A DNA stretch of 63,716 nt, filler included, from Reticulomyxa filosa (Eukaryota; Protista; Foraminifera), in the NCBI GenBank assembly GCA_000512085.1. It is 14 parts of 14 records of this genome, joined end to end, with 100 filler letters (N's around TTAATTAATTAA, not from the genome) between each part and the next. Parts side by side here need not be neighbours in the genome. Positions count along the whole stretch, not along the records: positions 54,130 to 55,688 come from ASPP01028738.1; positions 55,789 to 56,963 come from ASPP01033403.1; positions 57,064 to 58,084 come from ASPP01022626.1; positions 58,185 to 61,141 come from ASPP01006073.1; positions 61,242 to 62,383 come from ASPP01000659.1; positions 62,484 to 63,716 come from ASPP01004205.1; 8 more parts are not named here. One strand, given 5' to 3'. The notes beneath the pieces were generated by a model. The model was not told where the DNA came from, made no database searches, and saw only the letters and a program-made list of their open reading frames with translations. Of the stretch, positions 54,726-63,716 are shown piece after piece. A program made the translations under genes and the position numbers. Each line of letters opens with the position of its first letter. Positions within the stretch are counted from its first letter, which is position 1.

Positions 54726-55788
54726 CAAAAAAAAAGTATGGGACTGCGACAGTAACAATAATCAAGAGTTGATCACGAAGTGAAAATGAACTTAAACTTT
54801 TCGCGCAATGATTTCAAAGGTGATTTGGAGAACACCAAAAAAAGGCAATAAGATGTGCGTTTTGAAAGTCACTGAGCTCAAATCGACAGTGGCTCATTCG
54901 TTTTTAGACTTTTTGGCAGGTGGTGTGGCATGTCGCTGATAGTCGCCATTGACTTCACGAGATCCAATGACCACCCTTTGCACAATCAAAGTTTGCACTA
55001 TTTGTCTCCTCAGTGCCCACACCATTTGCGATATTGTGTCTTTCTATGATTCCGACTAAAAAGTTCATGTGTGGATTTGTTAAGTTGAAAAAAAAAATCA
55101 TGTTTGGCCTATCATTGACCGCTCCTTTTTTTTTTAATTGTAACAAAATTCGATATTTCATCTTGTTAATTTTGACAGATGATATTATCAATTATTTCAA
55201 AGAAACTAATGATTTGTTTAGTTATATTTGTTGTAAAAATATTTAAGACAAAAGTATGTACAGATCAAGAAACAAAGTAAAAAAAACAAAAATATATCTG
55301 AGACACATCTGACAACCTAGTTGGCTTGTGCATGTATTTAGGAAATAGGAAATAGGATTACCAATGCTTGTTGCAACGGTAGTTGCAGTAATTCTGGATG
55401 TGTCAAACAATGTAAATGTGTCAACAAGCTACTGGCACGCAATGTATTGTCGTTTATTTTACCATACAAAGTCATCGTTCCTGATTGAAGATAAAGTGAC
55501 ATCCGATAATTGAGGATTTCATAAAAAGTGCGCTTGCCCGCTTCGTGCTAGTGCTTATGTTTGTTAATTCCACCAACCATTCACAAACTGCTTTGTATAG
55601 TTCCATAATGCAAAACCAATGATCATCTAGAAGAATATCATAAAAATAAAAATTATTATTGTAAACCTGCATTATTTCAAATAAAACANNNNNNNNNNNN
55701 NNNNNNNNNNNNNNNNNNNNNNNNNNNNNNNNTTAATTAATTAANNNNNNNNNNNNNNNNNNNNNNNNNNNNNNNNNNNNNNNNNNNN

Positions 55789-56963
55789 CACAGACCAATG
55801 GTTTAAACAATTGACAAATGAGTAAAAGATTGGACTGCATTTCGTCGTTGTCGTCATTGGACTGCGCTTGACATTTACACCAGTGCAACAATTTCCATTG
55901 TGAAGAGAGATAGAGCGCACTATGTTCGTCCATGTTTGAAAATGCGCAATGCTCGATGTCGCCCGCCGGGAACTTATGATTCCTTCAATCAGCACGCGCA
56001 TGATTCAAAACACAAATTTGTGTATGTGCGCACACACGACTAGTTTCGGCACGTATACCCCAATCTGCGCGTTTCGGCTATTGTCTTGAGTTTGTATAAT
56101 TAGTTCCATTTCCATAACGACAAAGTTTCTCTTGCTCGTTGGACCGGTAGACGGCAGCTGGATACGTTCTTTGCGGATAATTGTTGGCTGGGCAAAGATG
56201 CAGAGACTTGTATGAGCATACGTTGCTAGCAAACAAGCTCTTTGTAATACTTCGGGTGCTATTTCTAGACATTGCCATATCCGTTCGACATTTTCCATTG
56301 GAGGGTGCTACTGGCAGTTAATCTACGCTCGCGAGTGGCGATTTTGCGCTTTCGAGACGTACAGATCAATTTCAATAAAGCCGGCGGACTGATTGTTTTT
56401 TTTTGTTTTTTTTTTTCCTTTTAAGCAAGTCCAACGCGACATAATCTTGGAACACTAGTTATCTTCGTCTTCTTCTGCTTGCTGGAGCCTTGTTAATCTC
56501 GCAAAACTAAAATTGAACCAATCTAACATAGGATGATTCACCCGATGTAGTGGTTCGCTCGACCGCAATATTGATTGTTTTCTTTTTCTTCATCGCTTTC
56601 CACGTCGATGCAGTCGCTGCAGTCGTTATTACACCATAACATCGATATCGTTTTCACTTTTCCTTTTTTTCTTCTGCTTTTATATTCTGGCAGCACCAAG
56701 GTCCAGAATGTCTGCGATAGAATTTGGATATTTTTTTTCAACTGTTCCAACGCCAACATATATATAATTGATATCTTCGAAATACGAGTTGCATCCGCTC
56801 TTATCGCTCTTGTGACGAGAGTCACACTTTGGTCTTGGACAATGGCCGTCGTTGGCAATTCTCGCATCTATCACCAATGCGTTCATTCAGCAATTTTTGG
56901 ATTGACGATACGATGACTGAGGCTATCATTCATAATTTCTTTTTTTTTGGACGTATTCGCTAC
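55789..56963 (-). pseudogene. Coding-like but fragmented sequence; product unidentified
   Basis: GC raised relative to intergenic DNA; short overlapping minus-strand ORFs and intron-like tracts; no recognisable motif. Confidence 0.25.
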
Positions 56964-57271
56964 NNNNNNNNNNNNNNNNNNNNNNNNNNNNNNNNNNNNN
57001 NNNNNNNTTAATTAATTAANNNNNNNNNNNNNNNNNNNNNNNNNNNNNNNNNNNNNNNNNNNNACACACACACAAATAAATAAATATTTATGAGGCACTG
57101 CAAGAAAATGGTAGATAAAAAGGGGACTCGTGTTAAAATTAATAAGTATAAAATAATAATAATAATAATAATAATAAGGATTATCATCATTATTGTGAAT
57201 AATGACAAATGAGTAGTTGGTAATAATTGGAGAATAATAAGAGATGATAATAGTGACAATTACAAAAGACG

Positions 57272-57960
57272 TAACAAAAGATATCCAAAAATTCGGCCAA
57301 TCCATTTGCTCCTCGATTTTTGCTATAAACATATTTGTAACATTCATATGAAATGGCGACTCGAATTTGTGTTCGCAGCGGCATAAATCGGCCATAAATT
57401 CTATGGACTATTGTTTTCAAATAGTCTCTTTCTCGCATATCTTCCGATTCAAATAGTTTTATCACGTTGTATAAAAATTTTCCATCCAATTTCGATTGCA
57501 TTAGCTTTTGTACAAGTTTATTGCATTTCACTTATTTTACTTTATTCCCTTTCCCAGCCCACTTAACAAAAAAAAAAATAATAATAATAATAATGTATAC
57601 GTACTTTAAGGAGGGGGAAGAAGGATATTTGTTGTAAAGAAAGAAGAAGAGCTCAAATATAAACCTGTTTATCAACATCGTTGGAAATCAAAAAGCGTAG
57701 ACATAATTCATAGACCAGTTGCAAATGTGGCCATCTTGGATCTTGGAAAGGCTCTTCCTCTTCGTCGCCTTTGACTTGAGGCCTTTGCAGAAGAGTGGTT
57801 GGCAATGGGCGGAATAGATTATATTCGAGCACGTTCAACACTTCGTCCACCATTTCGGCGCTTCCCCACGCACTCGATGATAAATACTCGACTATTTCTA
57901 CTAACAGCAATCGCTTTCGTTCCATTCCTCTCACTTCTTTGTCATTTTTCTTCCGTGTAT
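57272..57960 (-). CDS. PP2A regulatory subunit B' (B56 family), two internal exons
   Basis: NLFRPLP..DEEEEPFQDPRWPHLQLVYE; LFESEDMRERDYLKTIVHRIYGRF..LR; NGLAEFLDI. Confidence 0.95.
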
Positions 57961-58242
57961 TCCAATTTGTTGTTTTTTTTTTTTTAAAAGTGTCAAAAGA
58001 TTACTTATTTGTCGCAATCATTTCAAAGTTCTCGAATATATGTATATCACACATATGAATGAATTATTTTTTTTTTTTTTTTTTNNNNNNNNNNNNNNNN
58101 NNNNNNNNNNNNNNNNNNNNNNNNNNNNTTAATTAATTAANNNNNNNNNNNNNNNNNNNNNNNNNNNNNNNNNNNNNNNNNNNNTTTATTTATTTAAAAA
58201 AAAAAAAAAAACTACAGTTTTGTGTAAATTACCTTTTGACAG

Positions 58243-60065
58243 AATGGAACAGAAGGTGTTGGCTCTGAAGACGATGAAGGGGATAATAACGCGAACAAAG
58301 TGACATATGTTCCAGTGAAGAGGCCGTCAACTCAGATTGTGAGAACCCCTCCGACCTCTTCACTTGACGACGCGCATACGCAAAAACAAACCCTTCCCAA
58401 CTCGCCTCGAGTCAGTTCCATCACTCCCAAGAGGCCACCTCCTCCACCTTCCCACGCTGGTTCCAGAACTGTCATCAACCCTCCTAGTGAAAGAGACAGT
58501 AACAAAGGCAATGCAAATATCAATGGCTCCAGTAGCAGCGGCACACATGCTTTCAATTCTTCCAAACGCTACAGCGGTCACTCCGGAGGACTCCCTCCCC
58601 CAATCAAAGCCAATAAAGTTGGCGCATTGCCACCCCTTCCCGATACCATAAAAACACATAATTCTCCCAGCTCGCCGTTGCCTCCGTTATCCAAGGCCAC
58701 AAGTCTAAACATATCTCAAGGAAATGGATTGCTTGAGCCATCGTCAGACTTGAACGATGAAAACAATGTTATTCATTTTACATCTTCATATATACATATA
58801 TGTATATATGTATATATGTATATATTGAATCTATATGCTACAAGTGCATTAGGACAAAATCGGATCATTTACTTTGTTTTGATGTGTCCAACATAAAAAA
58901 AAAAAGGAAGAAAAATGCAAGCCGACATCTGCAGTGAAAGCCGCAGTAAATGGATTTGACTTTGAAATAAAGAAAAAAATGTCAATGGCCGACCTGCATC
59001 AGCCCGATTACCACCTCAATTCCCATCAGATCAAATCTGTCCCAAAAGGCACTCCCAAGCTGGGAAAATTGCCTGTGCTTGCACCAAGTTACGTATTCAC
59101 TTATGCATTACGACATGTATAATACATACATATTTATACATACATATATATGTATATACAAAGAGCCACAAAAGTTTAAGGAACAAGATGATAAAATATC
59201 GGATGTGACATTTGTCGAGCGCACGGTGCAAGTGACGTACGACAAGGACGAAGGCGTATTTCGAGGACTTCCGAAAGAATGGGAAGAATTGCTGAACAAG
59301 CAATTTGGAGTGTCCCCAAAGCATATTCCTGGAGTCAAGCTTTCGCAATATTCCGCCAAAATTCCCAAAGTATTGATTATCCTGAAGGATAAATTAGTGG
59401 AAGCCAATGGCTACCAACAGATGGGTATCTTTCGTCTCGCTCCTGACGTCCGCGATAACAATGCTATCAAGTCATCCATTGACTCGGGCAAGTTTGAAAT
59501 GGATGCACAACACGCCGACGTCAATGTATACGCCAATTTGATCAAAGTTTGGTTCCGTGATTTACCTGATCCTCTGCTCAATTGTGTGGCACCCGAACGC
59601 GTTGAAATGGCCTCCAAAGAATCTGATGTTATCAAAATTGTCTCCGACTTCCCCGAACCACACAAATCTATTTTCTTATGGCTATGTGATATGTGTGTCG
59701 AATGTGCTGTTTATGAGAATGTCAATAAAATGGGACCTAAAGTTTAACGGATCTATCATCTTTAGCTATATGATGTATACATACATATATGTATATGTAC
59801 ATATATATATATTTTTTTTATGTGTTTTTTGTGCATGTATGTGCACATGCCTTATTTTTCTTTGTTTTTGTACAAATTTATTTGCTTGCTTGTTTTTGTG
59901 GATTTGCTTCTACAAAAGAACTTGGCCATTGTCATTGGGCCTAATCTTTTCAACACAACCAAGTTTGAAAACCCAATGAAAGCTATGACATATTCTGCTA
60001 AAGTCGTTGAGTTCTTCGAAAGAGCAATCAAATGGAGACAAGCAACAACAGATAAAGCAATTTGA
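58243..60065 (+). CDS. RhoGAP with Pro-rich region and degenerate CRIB/PBD; last 4 exons, 5'-truncated
   Basis: GIFRLAP (Arg finger), ANLIKVWFRDLPDPL, NKMGPK/NLAIVIGPNLF. PBD-like ISDVTFVERTVQVTYDKDEGVFRGLPKEWEELL. Confidence 0.92.
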
Positions 60066-61356
60066 TATCTATTTTTTAAATCCTTTTTTTTCTTCCTCCT
60101 TTTATTACTATTATTATCATTGTTTTGCGTTTGATTATTGTGCATATGTTCCTCTCACTTTTATCTTCTATTCATCACACGACAAGGAAACTTCGAAAAC
60201 TTTTTTCCACAACCTCATTTTTTTTTGTGAAAGATTACTAGTTTTGTTTTGTGGTTTTGCTTGGTGATGTTTTTTGAGAGACAAGCCGATGTACAGTTTC
60301 ATTTTTCTTTTTTTAAAAAAGTACGTGACTGATACTACTTCTAAAAGCTATTGGAGATAATTGACATAAAAAAAAAGTGGAAATTGAAAAAGTTTAGTTA
60401 TTTATAAGTTTCTTGTTTGAATTTATGCAAATGCCAGACAGATTATTCTTCGATGATGTGGCATTCATAAAAGGATTGAATAAATCCATTGGCGAAATGA
60501 AACTAAACAAAGACAATTTAAAGATTGTAGCTATTATTTGGATGGCTTATAATCATTAAATTATTGGAGATTTGCCATTATTATCATTGTTCTGTTTTTA
60601 TTAATATTTGGCCTTTTTTTTAGTTTGCCTTCAAATAAAATAAACTAATTCATTGTTTAAAAAAAATGTAAATGTTTAGAAAAAGTGGCATTTGAGATTT
60701 GACTAGCAAAGTAGATTTTATCTTTTTTCTTTCCAAAATCCACTTTTTCAGCCATTATTGAATTTGACTTCTTATTATTTTAGATTCAACATATTGTTCG
60801 GTTCTTTGAATTTGTGAATTATTCATAAATTCAATTTTTTTAGTAAAAAAATTTATTGATAAAAAAAAATAAATTAATTCAATGGCGCAAAAAATTCAAG
60901 ATTCCTAAGGTATAATACCAAAATTTGTCACATGTTAGACTGTAAATTTTTAATAAATGCAATCGACAACTAAAAAAGATCTCACTAAAATGAACTTGTA
61001 TTTAAATAGTATTATTGCAGGACAAGTCCATATTATACAATCTCAAATACTAATGGAACGGCGGACCCCCGGTGGGTTAAAACCATCTTCACAACACGCT
61101 CACTTTTGTGTTTTCTTTACTTGTTTTCCTTTCTTGTGTTGNNNNNNNNNNNNNNNNNNNNNNNNNNNNNNNNNNNNNNNNNNNNTTAATTAATTAANNN
61201 NNNNNNNNNNNNNNNNNNNNNNNNNNNNNNNNNNNNNNNNNAAAATAAGCTATCAAATGAAATGAAAAACTAAAACTAAAAGTAAAATTTGTACGAGTCA
61301 ATAACACATTAAAAAAAACTTGTGTTAAAGCAAATAAGGGGCATCAAAACAAATTT

Positions 61357-61480
61357 AAAAAAAAGCAAATGAAGGAAAAAACGAAAAAGAAAAAGTTAGA
61401 TCAGGCGGCGCCTTCAGGAACATCGTGGCGCTGCCTGAATTAACATTTTCTTTTTGCTTTTGTCTTCCTTTGCTTTTTTT
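61357..61480. repeat. Imperfect inverted repeat (fold-back) with ~55-bp arms and a 14-nt loop
   Basis: Core TCAGGCGGCGCC (61401-61412) pairs with GGCGCTGCCTGA (61427-61438); the outer A-rich and T-rich arms are also complementary. Confidence 0.85.
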
Positions 61481-62529
61481 GGCTTTGCAAAAATGAGATC
61501 GATGCGTCATACTCTTAGTGTGTTTTAAAGTATGTATTTTTCATACAAGAACGAAACAGACATATTCTTTTACTATGAAAAGCGTAGATTATTTTAGGAC
61601 CAATTCCGATCTTTCTACGACAATCTTACACCAATAAGAACAGCAATAAGTAAAAAAATTGGGATTTCTTCAGCCAATCTCAAAACTGACATATAATTGA
61701 GTTTTTTCGCAAATGGGAAGGATTTATTGAGTCGCGATTGCGGACCTGGTAGTACTCTCCGAGTTCTACAAAATTGTGTTTTTGGTATATCTTTTGAAAT
61801 CTCAACTGTATCGGGATGTCATATATGATTTGAATTGTGTTATGGTTTACGCAAAGGTTCCACTCGTATTTGGGGATAATTTACTTTTTGTTGAATAAGA
61901 AATGAAAGTTTTTTTTGAAACGTTTGATTAAAAGAAAAGTGCGATGATATTATATTTGTTTAATTTGATTGAATGCAAGCGTTGAAAGATGTGTTTTATT
62001 TTACTTTGTTGTTTAAAAAATTGAAAAAGCCGCGTTCAATATTTTTTGAAGAATTGAAAATCATAATAAATAGAATTTTATCCAATATCAAAATAAATTG
62101 CAAGATATTTCAAGTATTGTATCTTTTGTATAGAATCAAACACGATCGTTTTTGTATTAATTCATGATGTATTTCTTTTTTATTTTGAAGAACATGTGAT
62201 ATTTTAAAATTGATATCTTTTCAAATAATGCAACAATAGATATAAGAAAGAGAAAAGGTGTCCTACATTGAAAGGCAGACAACAAAGTGAGAACAGCTCT
62301 TTTGATCACTAAATGTACATTGAAATGAATTATATTGGCCACTTATAAATATTTTATCCAATTGTGAATTACTGCAGATGGAANNNNNNNNNNNNNNNNN
62401 NNNNNNNNNNNNNNNNNNNNNNNNNNNTTAATTAATTAANNNNNNNNNNNNNNNNNNNNNNNNNNNNNNNNNNNNNNNNNNNNCACCATATGTTGTTTAT
62501 TCATTTCATTCAAAAAATATCACATTTGA

Positions 62530-63716
62530 TAATATTACAATCGATGGATGTGTTTATGTTATTGATTGTATGATTAATGGAATTGGTCATTTTCACATTA
62601 CTCGACATCTTATTCATACCAAACAATCTGTTATTAATTGTAATTTTAAGCAACCTATTTTCACTGTCTCATGGCCCATTAATGCAGACGAGATTTTTGA
62701 ATCAGGAATTGATTCATACGAGAAATCAAATTTTGATGAAGCCATTTCATTGATTCGTTTTGCACTTTGTGGTTCTGATATTGAAGTTGCGGGCGCTTTT
62801 AACTGGTTAGGACATTTATACAAGAAGAAAGGAGAATACGACAAATCAATTGAATATCATAAAAAAGAATTAACAATAAGATTAAATAAATTGGGTTCAG
62901 ATCACATTGATGTTGGTTGGTTATACAATCAATTGGGAGATGTTTACTTCGATAACGAAGAATACGACAAATCAATTGAATATCGTAAAAAGGCATTAAT
63001 AATAAGATTAGATAAATTGGGCTCAGATCACATTGATGTCGGTGATTTATACAATAAATTGGGAATTTCTCATTGCGAGAAAGAAGAATACGACAATGCA
63101 CTTGAATATCATCAAAAGGCATTGAAAATTCAGTTAGAAAAATTAAGTAATAATCACACTGATGTTGCCGATTCTTACGATAATTTGGGGAGAATTTATT
63201 ATATGAAAGCGGAATATGGTAAAGCATATAAATATCACAAAAGAGCATTGAATATTTATTCTGGACAAATCGACCGAAATCAAATAAATGTTGCCATTTG
63301 TTACTGTCACTTGGGAAACTTTCATTTTGGAAAAGGAGAATATGCTAAATCAATTGAATATTATAAAAAATACTTGAAAATTTCATTAGAACAATTAGGT
63401 GAAGATCACGCAAATGTTGCAGCATCGTTCTTTAATTTAGGAAATATATATATTGAAACAGGAGAATATGAAACATCGATTGAATATCATCAGAAGGCAT
63501 TAAATATTCAATTAAAGAAATGCGGTGAAAAACATGTATTTGTTGCATGCTCATTGAATGCATTGGGATTTGTGTGGATAAAAGGAAAACAGCAAATGAA
63601 CAAAGCTAAAGAATATGTTGATAAATCTTTGGAAATTTTGATGAATGACAAGAGTAACAACTTTGACTTAGACCTTGCAAAATCATATGATGTGTTGGGA
63701 TTGATACTGGAAAAGA
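62530..63716 (+). pseudogene. 42-aa (kinesin-light-chain-type) TPR repeat protein, disrupted by frameshifts
   Basis: ~126-bp tandem units such as NHTDVADSYDNLGRIYYMKAEYGKAYKYHKRAL and DHANVAASFFNLGNIYIETGEYETSIEYHQKAL; no continuous ORF. Confidence 0.82.

Noticed and set aside
61064-61141. Short GC-rich stem (ACCC..GGGT) as a Helitron end or terminator
   Set aside because: The stem is too short, no CTRR end follows, and the contig stops there.

Overview
AT-rich eukaryotic nuclear DNA with spliceosomal introns. The window is not contiguous: 14 contig pieces are joined by 13 artificial 100-bp spacers (44 N + TTAATTAATTAA + 44 N, stops in all six frames), so gene order across spacers means nothing. 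The gene families (FSPDG-type WD40, kelch-like, 42-aa TPR and ART-like relics) and the microsatellite-rich introns suggest a foraminiferan such as Reticulomyxa filosa; this is an inference. Recognisable genes: a membrane-anchored AA5 copper radical oxidase, a WD40 protein, a TM+CUB+SGNH hydrolase, a multi-RING+IBR protein, a PH+GBD/FH3+FH1+FH2 formin, an ATP-grasp ligase, VPS4, an importin-9-like karyopherin, a kelch-like protein, a RING1-like E3, VPS24/CHMP3, a >3000-aa Pmp-repeat/PA/multi-TM surface protein, a PP2A B56 subunit and a CRIB-like+RhoGAP protein. Pseudogenes: ART-like, TPR (two), TLDc, and an aldonolactone oxidase. Two decayed LINE loci are present, one with a reconstructable ~1.4-kb inversion. 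Notable patterns: introns have A-rich rather than polypyrimidine acceptors, there is one probable GC-AG intron, many single-base frameshifts sit at A/T homopolymers (probably sequencing errors), and several GC-rich hairpins are unexplained. I found no single clear-cut novel multi-gene system; the best leads are ranked in the findings. Exon boundaries were read by eye and are approximate.
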